Of a DNA stretch of 60,294 nucleotides, positions 1 through 8,439 are shown one piece after another. The stretch covers positions 1 through 60,294 of the forward strand of contig CBFGVH010000005.1 of assembly GCA_965652415.1 (NCBI GenBank), given 5' to 3'. The notes beneath the pieces are model-generated. The model searched no databases. It had not been told where the DNA came from and saw nothing but the letters and a program-made list of their open reading frames with translations. The DNA comes from an uncultured Gammaproteobacteria bacterium (GTDB lineage Bacteria; Pseudomonadota; Gammaproteobacteria; Arenicellales; CAJQKF01). Within the stretch, counting starts at the first letter, position 1; every line of letters starts with the position of its first letter. The position numbers and the translations under genes are program-made.

Positions 1-272
1 CCTTGCGTGGAGTGATGGTTCGCATTCCTTGCGACGGGGTCCTGCTCCCTGGTTTCAGACCGGGCGCCTTGGCGGCCGGGTGGAATCAAGTGTATCCATC
101 TGGCGCCGGAGGTCAAATCGGCACAATCGTTGCCGTCGTTCTCGGGGCCGGGAGCGCGGCTGGTTCGGGTGATAATGTTCCGGGGCGGTCGCTTGGATGG
201 GGTCGGTGCTTGTGGGAGAATATGCGGTTTGAGATTTTTGCGATAACAACCTGATTTTCCGAGGTCCCCTCC

Positions 273-1568
273 ATGTCGAACGACATCAAGATTCCCGCCG
301 ACGGCGCCAGGATTTCCATCGAAAACGGCGTCCTGCAGGTCCCCGACAACCCCATCGTTCCCTACATCGAGGGCGACGGCATCGGCGTCGATATCTCGCC
401 GGTGATGATGAAGGTGGTCGATGCGGCGGTGAACAAGGCCTACGGCGGCGGTCGCAAGATCCACTGGATGGAGGTCTACGCCGGGGAGAAGGCCAACAAC
501 CTGACCGGGTCGTGGCTGCCGGATCAGACCATCGACATGCTCACGGAGTATCTCGTGTCCATCAAGGGACCGCTGACCACGCCCATCGGCGGCGGCATCC
601 GCTCGCTGAACGTCGCGGTGCGCCAGATCATGGACCTTTACGTGTGCCTGCGCCCGGTTCGCTGGTTTACCGGCGTGCCCTCTCCGGTGCGCCATCCCGA
701 ACAGGTGGACATGGTGATCTTCCGCGAGAACACCGAGGACATCTACGCCGGCATCGAGTTCGAGGCGGGCAGCGAGGAGTGCCGGCGCTTCCTGGAGCTG
801 TTCAAGGAGGCGTTCCCGGCATCCTACGAGAAGATCCGTTTTCCCGAGACCTCGGGCATCGGCATCAAGCCGGTATCGAAGGAGGGCACCTCGCGGCTGG
901 TGCGCGCGGCGATCCGCTACGCCATCGACAACAAGCGCAAGAGCGTCACCTTCGTGCACAAGGGCAACATCATGAAGTACACGGAAGGGGCGTTTCGCAA
1001 CTGGGGCTACGAGGTGGCGGAGAAGGAGTTCGCCGAGGAAACCTATACCTGGAGCCAGTGGGAGCGCACGGTTGCCGACAAGGGCCAGGAGGCGGCCAAC
1101 GCCGAACAGGAAGCGGCGCTCGCGGCCGGCAGGATCCTGTGCAAGGACGCCATTGCCGACATCACTTTGCAGCAGGTGCTCACTCGGCCGGCCGAGTTCG
1201 AGGTGATCGCCACCATGAACCTGAACGGCGACTACCTCTCCGACGCCCTCGCCGCGCAGGTCGGCGGCATCGGCATCGCGCCGGGCGGCAACATCAACTA
1301 CGACACCGGCCACGCGGTGTTCGAGGCGACCCACGGCACGGCGCCGAAGTACGCCGGCAAGAACATGGTCAATCCCGGTTCGCTGGTGCTCTCGGCCGAG
1401 ATGATGCTGCGCTACATGGGCTGGAAGGAGGCCGCGGACCTGGTGCTTCAGTCCATGGACGCCGCCATCGCCAGCAAGAACGTCACCTACGACTTCGCCC
1501 GACTCATGGACGGCGCCAACAAGGTCTCCTGCTCCGAGTTCGGCGACACCATGATCGCGAAGATGTAG
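273..1568 (+). CDS. icd: NADP-dependent isocitrate dehydrogenase
   Basis: 431-aa ORF colinear with prokaryotic IDH. Phospho-acceptor loop [12 protein letters not shown] and metal/isocitrate motif [23 protein letters not shown] are present. Confidence 0.95.
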   Translation: MSNDIKIPADGARISIENGVLQVPDNPIVPYIEGDGIGVDISPVMMKVVDAAVNKAYGGGRKIHWMEVYAGEKANNLTGSWLPDQTIDMLTEYLVSIKGPLTTPIGGGIRSLNVAVRQIMDLYVCLRPVRWFTGVPSPVRHPEQVDMVIFRENTEDIYAGIEFEAGSEECRRFLELFKEAFPASYEKIRFPETSGIGIKPVSKEGTSRLVRAAIRYAIDNKRKSVTFVHKGNIMKYTEGAFRNWGYEVAEKEFAEETYTWSQWERTVADKGQEAANAEQEAALAAGRILCKDAIADITLQQVLTRPAEFEVIATMNLNGDYLSDALAAQVGGIGIAPGGNINYDTGHAVFEATHGTAPKYAGKNMVNPGSLVLSAEMMLRYMGWKEAADLVLQSMDAAIASKNVTYDFARLMDGANKVSCSEFGDTMIAKM

Positions 1569-1596
1569 CACGAAGGCGCCGCCCCGGCCGGCAGGC

Positions 1597-3360
1597 ATGC
1601 AGCGCCTTCACCACGATGCCGCGGTCGCGCAGACCGCGCAGACCATCTACAACGGCTTCGCCCACTACAACCGGCAGTTCCAGCGCATCACCGACCGCGC
1701 GCGCCGCCGCTTCGAGGCGCGCGACTGGAAGGGGCAGATCGAGGATATCGGTGCCCGCGTCGAGCTCTACGACAAGTGGGTGCTGAAGATCCACCGCCGG
1801 GTACGAAAGGAGCTGGGTCGGCGCTGCCGCGACCGCGTGCTGTGGCGCGAGGTGCGCAACTTCTACGGCTCGCGCCTGGAGAACGTTCCCGACGCGGGCT
1901 TCATGAAGACGTTCTTCAACTCGATCAGCCGGCGCGTGTTCGGCACCGTGGGCACGGACGGCGAACTCGAGTTCGTCCAGCCGCCGCCCGAGGAGGGCCT
2001 GGAGACGCTCGCCAAGCGGCGTTATCCGTGCTGGGAGAACATCGCCGACACCTGTCGCGCGGTGCTGCGCGACTTCCGCTTTCGCGTTCCCTTCCTCGAC
2101 TTCGAGGCCGACGTGGAACTGATGGCCGGCGAGGTGCGCGCGTTCGCGCGCGAGCGCGGTATCGACGTCGACAAGTTCCACCGCTTCGAGTTCATCGACT
2201 CGCACTTCTTCCAGGGCGCGCGCGCCTATCTCGTCGGCAGGATCCTGCACGGCGAGCGCCGCTACCCGATCGTGGTGGCGCTCGAGAACACGGGCGAGGG
2301 CATCCGCGTCGACGCGGTGCTGCTCGAGGAACGCGAGGTGAGCAACGTGTTCAGCTACACCCGCTCCTACTACTTCGCCGATCCCACCTCGGTGGTGGCC
2401 GCGGTGCAGTTCCTGCACACCATCCTGCCGCGCAAGCCCATCGACGAGTTGTACACGGTGCTAGGGCGGCTGCGCCAAGGCAAGACCGAGCGCTTTCGCG
2501 TGTTCTCGGACCACCTGAAGCGAACGCAAGACCCGTTCGTCCACGCCGAGGGCGACAAGGGCCTGGTGATGCTGGTGTTCACGCTCAAGTCGTTCAACCT
2601 GGTGTTCAAGGTCATTCGAGACCAGTTCGGCTATCCCAAGAACACGACCCGCGAGAAGGTCATGGGCAAGTACCGCCTGGTGTCGCGCCACGACCACGCC
2701 GGGCGCCTGATCGACACCCAGGAGTTTCGCAACCTGACCCTGCCCGCCAACCGCTTCGAAGCGGGCCTGCTCGACGAGCTGCTCACCGGCGCCACCGAGT
2801 CGATCCGCCGGGACGGCGACGACCTGGTGCTCAACCACGTCTACATCGAGCGGCGCGTGCGGCCGCTCAACCTTTACGTGCGCGAGGAACCCCTGGAGGC
2901 GGCGCGCGCCGCCATCATCGACTACGGCACCGCCATCCGCGATCTCGCCGAGACCAACATCTTCCCCGGCGACCTGCTGCTGAAGAACTTCGGTGTCACC
3001 GCGTCAGGACGCGTGGTGTTCTACGACTACGACGAAGTCGCGCTGGTCACCGAGTGCCGCTTCCGCGAACTGCCCGACACGGACGACGATTTCGGCCTCG
3101 CCGATCCGACGACGGCGATGTACATCGGCGCCAACGACATTTTCCCCGAGGAGTTCATCAAGTTCCTGGCCATGGACGCGCGCCTGCGCGAGGTGTTCCT
3201 CAAGGTCCATGGCGACCTGTTGACGCCGGCATGGTGGCGCGCCGTCAAGAATCGCCGCCTGGCGGGCGAGATCACGCAGGTGGTGCCCTATGCCAGGCGC
3301 GAAACGACGAACGCGCCGGCCAATGACGGGCTCCCGACATTGGCGGGCGTATCGGTCTGA
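1597..3360 (+). CDS. aceK: isocitrate dehydrogenase kinase/phosphatase
   Basis: 587-aa ORF starting 28 nt after icd. AceK-like N-terminus (TIYNGFAHYNRQFQRIT..RFEARDW) and kinase core (GRVVFYDYDEV). Confidence 0.92.
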   Translation: MQRLHHDAAVAQTAQTIYNGFAHYNRQFQRITDRARRRFEARDWKGQIEDIGARVELYDKWVLKIHRRVRKELGRRCRDRVLWREVRNFYGSRLENVPDAGFMKTFFNSISRRVFGTVGTDGELEFVQPPPEEGLETLAKRRYPCWENIADTCRAVLRDFRFRVPFLDFEADVELMAGEVRAFARERGIDVDKFHRFEFIDSHFFQGARAYLVGRILHGERRYPIVVALENTGEGIRVDAVLLEEREVSNVFSYTRSYYFADPTSVVAAVQFLHTILPRKPIDELYTVLGRLRQGKTERFRVFSDHLKRTQDPFVHAEGDKGLVMLVFTLKSFNLVFKVIRDQFGYPKNTTREKVMGKYRLVSRHDHAGRLIDTQEFRNLTLPANRFEAGLLDELLTGATESIRRDGDDLVLNHVYIERRVRPLNLYVREEPLEAARAAIIDYGTAIRDLAETNIFPGDLLLKNFGVTASGRVVFYDYDEVALVTECRFRELPDTDDDFGLADPTTAMYIGANDIFPEEFIKFLAMDARLREVFLKVHGDLLTPAWWRAVKNRRLAGEITQVVPYARRETTNAPANDGLPTLAGVSV

Positions 3361-3367
3361 GAGTGGA

Positions 3368-3802
3368 CTACTCGGCCAGGGTCGCCCCGGACCCGCCGAG
3401 TTCGGCCGGGATGTCCTTGAGCTTGGGCAGGCCGTCGGCAATCCTCAGCACCGTTTCCTGGTAGTGCACGTGCAGCGCGGGCCGGAAGTCGAGATCCGGC
3501 AACAGGGCCGCATAGACGTCGGTCAGTCCCATTCCCGGGTGCTCGGTGAGTACGTGCCCGCCGCAGGTCTCGCACCACTTGCGCAAGCTGTGTTCGGTCT
3601 TGTTGTAGGCGGCGAGATTGTCGGCGCCGCGGGTGACCTGTACCGCCTCGGGCTTCCACAGCGTAAAGGCATTGACCGGGCCTGCCGACCACTGCCGGCA
3701 GGACTTGCAGTGGCAGTAGCCCATCGCCTCCGGCTCACCCGTTACCGTCACCTCGACAGCACCGCAGAAGCAGGTACCTTGCAGCTGGCGTTCACCCGGC
3801 AT
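3368..3802 (-). CDS. GFA/CENP-V family zinc-binding protein (glutathione-dependent formaldehyde-activating enzyme-like)
   Basis: Cys pattern GTCFCGAV, YCHCKSCRQWSAG, CETCGGH. The track ORF (to 3910) is trimmed to Met37, which has GGAGGAG just upstream. Confidence 0.8.
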   Translation of the reverse strand: MPGERQLQGTCFCGAVEVTVTGEPEAMGYCHCKSCRQWSAGPVNAFTLWKPEAVQVTRGADNLAAYNKTEHSLRKWCETCGGHVLTEHPGMGLTDVYAALLPDLDFRPALHVHYQETVLRIADGLPKLKDIPAELGGSGATLAE

Positions 3803-3952
3803 CGTCTTCTCCTCCGGTAATCGGCCCGGTGGGCCATCCGTGGTTCGCCGAGACCGCATGTTGACCGCCCGGCGGATCCCTGGCGGTCGGTCGGGTTCAC
3901 ACCATACCACGACGGGACCGGCGGTCGCGACGCGCGCGGTTCGTCGCCGCGC

Positions 3953-5281
3953 CTACGCCGTCCGTCGAAACCACGTCCAGGCCATCGCCGCCGCCGCCAC
4001 GTTGGCCGCGGCGACGCCGGCGAAGATCCCCGGCACCCCGAACAGGCGGCCGCCCAACCATGCCAGCGGCACCATGACGATGAACATGCGCGTGGTCGAC
4101 ACGACGACCGCCGGCAGCGGCCGGCCCATGCCGTTGAACGCGGCATTGACCACCATGACGATGCCGGCGGGCCCGAAGGCCGGGGCAACCATCAACAGGT
4201 AGGCGCGGCCGTGCTCCACCACCGCCGGATCGTCGCTGAACAGGCCCACCAGCACCCGCGCCGCCGGCATCATGACCAGCGCCGCGACCGCGCCGACCGC
4301 CAGGCACATCAACGTTGCCTCCTTGAGCGCGAGGTGGATGCGGTCGTGCCTTCCCGCACCCAGGTTCTGGCCAACGAACGGCCCGATGATCGACGACATG
4401 GCGAAGAACACGACCAGCGCCAGCGACTCGAGACGGCTCGCGGCGCCGTAGCCGGCCACCGCGTCGGGGCCGTGAACGGCGACCATCGCCACCACCACGC
4501 CGGTGGCGAGCGGGATGATGACGTTGGTGCCGGCCGCCGGCAGCGCCACGTGACCCACCGCCCTGACCGAGTCGATGAAATCGGCCGTGCTCGGCAGCTC
4601 GAACGAGAGCATCGCCTTGCGGTGGTGCAGCACGTAGAAGCCGAGCGCCAGCGACACCGCGCGCGCGATGACCGATGCCAGGGCCGCGCCCGCCATGCCC
4701 AGGGCGGGAAACCCGGCGAGGCCGAAGATCAGCAGCGGATCGAGCACGAGGTTGACCAGCGACGCCACGATCATGATGCCGCTCTGCCAGCGCGCATCGC
4801 CGACGGCGCGAATCGCGCCGACGCCGGCCATGGGCGTGAGAAACACCACGTAGCCGAGGTACCACACCACCATGTACTCGCGAATCAGCGGCAGCAAATC
4901 GTCGCCGGCGCCGAGCAGGCGAAACAGCGGGTCGATGGTGGCGAGCCCAACCGCGGACAGCAGCAAGGCGCAGGCTGCCGAGAGTATCAATGCGTCGGTG
5001 GTCAGGCGGCGGACGCGATCCATGTCGCCGCGCCCGACCACCCGCGCAATCACCGAGGAGGTGCCTGCCATGAGCCCGATGCCGAGGCTGACGAGCACCA
5101 TGATCACCGGGAAGGTGAAGCTCATCGCCGCCAGTTCCGCGCTGCCGAGCATGGACACGAACCAGGTATCCACCACGTTCAGCGACATCATGGCGAGAAT
5201 GCCGCCGATCATCGGCACGGTGAGGCGCACGAGGTGGCGGCGTACGTCGCCCTCGGTGAGTAGTGCGGCGCCGCGGCTCAC
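3953..5281 (-). CDS. MATE family multidrug/toxin efflux transporter
   Basis: 442 aa with about 12 hydrophobic segments. NorM/DinF-like N-terminus (LTVPMIGGILAMMSLNVVDTWFVS). Confidence 0.85.
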   Translation of the reverse strand: MSRGAALLTEGDVRRHLVRLTVPMIGGILAMMSLNVVDTWFVSMLGSAELAAMSFTFPVIMVLVSLGIGLMAGTSSVIARVVGRGDMDRVRRLTTDALILSAACALLLSAVGLATIDPLFRLLGAGDDLLPLIREYMVVWYLGYVVFLTPMAGVGAIRAVGDARWQSGIMIVASLVNLVLDPLLIFGLAGFPALGMAGAALASVIARAVSLALGFYVLHHRKAMLSFELPSTADFIDSVRAVGHVALPAAGTNVIIPLATGVVVAMVAVHGPDAVAGYGAASRLESLALVVFFAMSSIIGPFVGQNLGAGRHDRIHLALKEATLMCLAVGAVAALVMMPAARVLVGLFSDDPAVVEHGRAYLLMVAPAFGPAGIVMVVNAAFNGMGRPLPAVVVSTTRMFIVMVPLAWLGGRLFGVPGIFAGVAAANVAAAAMAWTWFRRTA

Positions 5282-5440
5282 CGGGTCACCCGCGACGAGG
5301 CGTTCATCCGCGGCACGGCGGGCGGCGGGGACGGGATCGATGCAGTCAGGATCGGCCCTTCTGGTGCATGCCGTCGGGCGGCGTTATGATAGGAAAACGA
5401 TGTCAGGCCAAGCGCATTATACGACCCGGAGCAAGCCCCG

Positions 5441-6094
5441 ATGAGGCGACAGGCGGCAATCATGGCCGCGGCATTCCTGACGGCCCAGCCCGCGTTCGCC
5501 AGCGACGGCTTCGACGAACTCGATGAGCTGGCGACCCTGTGGTCGATCGCCGATGAGCCGTTCAGGCCCGTGACCCGCGAGCTCGACAAGCCGCCGTTCG
5601 TGCACCAGAAGACTCTCACCATCACCGCCGACAGCCTGGCCAGGGGCTGGGTGCCCAACCGCCAGTGTCACCGCAACTTCCCGCTGTTCCCGGCGCTGCA
5701 GATCTCCTTTCGCGAGGGCGCGGTGCGACACATGGAGATCGTCGAGCGAAGCGGCGTCGAGGAGGCATGGGTGGACGAACCCACCATCCAGATGAAGCGC
5801 ACCCGGCCCGAGACCACCCTGTGCTTCGTCAGCGAGAACCGCACCATGTCCTACAACGACATCTCGGGCGAGTACCAGATGACGGTGGGTCCTTATTACC
5901 TCAAGCTGTTCGACGGCTACTTTCCCCTCGACGTCGATCTGACCATCGAGTATCCCGCCGAGCTGCTGCGCTTCTCCAGCATGGAGCCCGCTTCGGTGGA
6001 GGGCGCCACCATCGATCACCGGGAAGGACGGATCCGCTTCGACGCGCTGTTCGAAGGCAAGCTGCTGCTGGTGTTCCGATTCAAGCCGGCATGA
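5441..6094 (+). CDS. secreted protein of unknown function
   Basis: 217 aa with a signal peptide (MRRQAAIMAAAFLTAQPAFA|SD). GC3-rich codon usage. Its stop overlaps the next start (ATGA). No family recognised. Confidence 0.6.
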   Translation: MRRQAAIMAAAFLTAQPAFASDGFDELDELATLWSIADEPFRPVTRELDKPPFVHQKTLTITADSLARGWVPNRQCHRNFPLFPALQISFREGAVRHMEIVERSGVEEAWVDEPTIQMKRTRPETTLCFVSENRTMSYNDISGEYQMTVGPYYLKLFDGYFPLDVDLTIEYPAELLRFSSMEPASVEGATIDHREGRIRFDALFEGKLLLVFRFKPA

Positions 6095-6327
6095 CGACAG
6101 TGGTGGTGTACAGCCGCGACGGCTGCCACCTGTGCGAGGACCTCGTCGCCGACCTTTCCGTGATGGCCGCCGAGCACGGCTTCGCTGTCGAGGTGCGCGA
6201 CATCGACGACGACCCCGAACTCAAGGCCCGCTACCACGCGCGGGTACCGGTGGTGGAACACGACGGCGAGGTGATCTGCGAGTACTTCCTCGATCCCGCC
6301 GCGGTGCGCGCCCGGCTGGGCCTTTAG
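6091..6327 (+). CDS. glutaredoxin-like (thioredoxin-fold, DUF836/YruB-like) protein
   Basis: 78 aa: MTTVVVYSRDGCHLCEDL...VPVVEHDG. CxxC in a Grx-like context. ATG at 6091 inside the longer shadow ORF 5665..6327. Confidence 0.75.
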   Translation: MTTVVVYSRDGCHLCEDLVADLSVMAAEHGFAVEVRDIDDDPELKARYHARVPVVEHDGEVICEYFLDPAAVRARLGL

Positions 6328-6330
6328 CCC

Positions 6331-7092
6331 GTGGCCCTGATTCATGAGGAGCGCCGCGACGGGCGGCTTTACCAGGTTCGAAGCGCCGGTACCTCGGTGA
6401 GGCTCTACACCAACGGCGTGCTGCACAGCCAGTACAGCCCCTCGCCACGCGCCGCCACCAGCATCTGGGACCTGTTGTCGATGTCGGCACTGCTGGCCGG
6501 CGGCGGCCGCCCCGATCGCGTGCTGGTGCTGGGCGTCGGCGGCGGCGGCGTGCTCAGGACCCTCGACCAGCGGTTCGACGCTCCGCGCATCACGGGCGTC
6601 GAACTCGACCCGGTGCACCTCGCCCTGGCGCGACGCTATTTCGCTCTGTCGCAGGAAAACTTCGATCTCGTCAACGCCAATGCCCGCGACTGGCTGGCGG
6701 GCGACGCGGACAATTGCTTCGACCTTGTCATCGACGACCTGTTCGGCGACCACGACGGGGTGCCCCGCCGCGCGATCGAGGCCGACGGTCCCTGGCTCGA
6801 CACCCTGGCCCGCCGCGTCGGACCGCGCGGCGCGCTGGCGGTCAACTTCGCCGATCCGGGCGAGTTTCGCCGCTCGGCCCTGAACAGGAGCGCGCATGCG
6901 TCGCGGCTCTTCGCGAGCGGATTCACCATGCGCCTGTCGGTGCTCGAGAACGTGGTCGCGGTGCTGACACGCGAACCTGTCGGCATGGGTGAATTCTCGA
7001 GCCGGATCGGTACCTCGTTCGGCCGCGCCGCGGCATCGCGGGTGAGCCTCAAGGCCATGGGGATGAAGCGCGGGCGAAGGTCCGACCGATGA
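6331..7092 (+). CDS. spermidine-synthase-like class I SAM-dependent methyltransferase/aminopropyltransferase
   Basis: 253 aa. LYTNGVLHSQ (SpeE-like), motif I VLVLGVGGGG, ITGVELDP, DLVIDDLF. GTG start 3 nt after the Grx-like stop. Confidence 0.7.
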   Translation: MALIHEERRDGRLYQVRSAGTSVRLYTNGVLHSQYSPSPRAATSIWDLLSMSALLAGGGRPDRVLVLGVGGGGVLRTLDQRFDAPRITGVELDPVHLALARRYFALSQENFDLVNANARDWLAGDADNCFDLVIDDLFGDHDGVPRRAIEADGPWLDTLARRVGPRGALAVNFADPGEFRRSALNRSAHASRLFASGFTMRLSVLENVVAVLTREPVGMGEFSSRIGTSFGRAAASRVSLKAMGMKRGRRSDR

Positions 7093-7123
7093 CCGGCGCC
7101 GCGGTCGAAGTCGTCGGCCGGTT

Positions 7124-7873
7124 TCACGTCGCCGGCGCAGGCAGCGTACCGTCGACGAGGAAGTCCCCGCGCGGATAGTGCCGCGTACCCGCGTCGACAT
7201 TGTAGAAGCTCACCGCGTCGTACCGGGTATCGCACAGCCAGCGCTCCCGGGACAGCGGGCGCTTCGACGCCAGCGCATGCGGCTCGAACAGGGCGATGTT
7301 GAGCCCGCCGGCGCGGTCGCGGGCGGAGCGATACTGGATTGCCGCGACCGACGCACGGCGAAGCGACGCGCCCAGCTGCTGGGTCTCGTCGTAGCGGGAC
7401 GGATTACGCAGGCGGTCCTGGCAGGCATCGAACGGCGGGCGGTGCAACCGCACGCCGCGCGCGGTGCGGTAGCGGGCCGAGAACGCCGTGTGCTGGGTCG
7501 TGATGCGGCCGCCCGGCGGCGGCTCGGCCATGCCCGCGAGGAACACGAGGCGGTAGTAGGCGGTCTCGGCCAGCGCCGTGTCGATGCGCGCCGAGCCGTA
7601 GAAGACCGAGGGCTCGTCACGGCGGCCGAAGCGCGAGCCGTGCGCGAGCGGCGGGTAGCGAAAGGGCGTGGCGAGCAGGTAGTGCAGACCCTCGCAGCCG
7701 GGCGGCCGCGGCGGCTTGGAGGTTTCGAGCAGGCTCTCGAGCAGCGCCTGCTCGTCGAGGGTGTCAACGAGTCGGTTGGTGGCGACCTGCTCCTGGCTCT
7801 CCACCACCCGAACAAGGGTTCCCGACAATGGCCCGATGCCGGCCGAGCCGCCGGCGGCCGCCCAAAGATCCAT
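7124..7873 (-). CDS. RES-domain toxin (NAD+-targeting, MbcT/ParT-like)
   Basis: 249 aa with R..E..S hallmarks (GSRFGRR, ALAETAYY, IQYRSARD). The start overlaps the upstream antitoxin stop (ATGA). Confidence 0.85.
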   Translation of the reverse strand: MDLWAAAGGSAGIGPLSGTLVRVVESQEQVATNRLVDTLDEQALLESLLETSKPPRPPGCEGLHYLLATPFRYPPLAHGSRFGRRDEPSVFYGSARIDTALAETAYYRLVFLAGMAEPPPGGRITTQHTAFSARYRTARGVRLHRPPFDACQDRLRNPSRYDETQQLGASLRRASVAAIQYRSARDRAGGLNIALFEPHALASKRPLSRERWLCDTRYDAVSFYNVDAGTRHYPRGDFLVDGTLPAPAT

Positions 7874-8259
7874 CAGGCGCGTCCGCGCATGGCGTCGAGG
7901 TACTCGGTTACGCGCACCAGTCCCGGCACGGTGCGGACCTGCTCGGCCGGCACACCGCCGGTGTGCAGGTTCTGCGTGTGCATGAAGTGGCGCATCTGCT
8001 CGCCGTCGCCGCCGACGAGGGCGTACAGGGCGCGGTAGACCCGGATCAGCAGCAGCGCCAGTTCCCCGGCCTTGCTGTCCGGTTCCACGCCGTGGCGGTG
8101 CAGCGAGGTGCGGTTGCGGCCGACCACCGCGCCGACCTCGGCCTGGGTGAGGCCCAGCTCACGGCCGGCGGCAAGCAGCGCGCGAGTCAGTGTCGCGGCG
8201 GGATCGGGGGCGGGTCGGGCCTCGGCGCTCACCGGTCGATGGAGTTGTCGCGATTGCAC
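7873..8259 (-). CDS. Xre-family antitoxin with DUF2384 (MbcA/ParS-type) toxin-binding domain
   Basis: 128 aa. HTH LGLTQAEVGAVVGRNRTSLHR and C-terminal ...HTGGVPAEQVRTVPGLVRVTEYLDAM. GTG start at 8259 (alternative GTG at 8232). Confidence 0.8.
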   Translation of the reverse strand: MQSRQLHRPVSAEARPAPDPAATLTRALLAAGRELGLTQAEVGAVVGRNRTSLHRHGVEPDSKAGELALLLIRVYRALYALVGGDGEQMRHFMHTQNLHTGGVPAEQVRTVPGLVRVTEYLDAMRGRA

Positions 8260-8439
8260 ATGACTGGAATATATGTCCTATATGCAACAAAATCAACTGC
8301 GCTGGTGCCGTTCAGCGCGCTGGTTCGGGCGCGGTAGCGAATATTCCCAGGCTGGCCGAGAACACCCGGCGAGCACATTGGACTTGAACGGCGCGGTCAG
8401 TACACTTGGCCGCCGCCGATCCACACCGAGGTCCATTGC

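Noticed and set aside
1-272. Possible gene or ncRNA upstream of icd (ORFs 3..254 +, 55..249 -, 113..355 -).
   Set aside because: No motif, no convincing promoter, RBS or RNA structure that I can defend. Possibly the tail of a feature cut by the window edge. Left unannotated.
512-1786. 424-aa ORF in an alternative frame over icd. Many similar long ORFs occur (for example 1504..2418 -, 1776..3326 +, 3897..4865 -, 4211..5263 +, 6016..7200 -, 8293..9708 -, 9003..10643 +, 9990..11273 -, 11026..12927 -, 11706..13340 +, 13204..14628 +).
   Set aside because: These are shadow ORFs typical of very GC-rich DNA. Their translations are Arg/Ala/Gly/Pro-rich low-complexity strings with no motifs. Each overlaps a gene with clear family signatures in another frame or strand.
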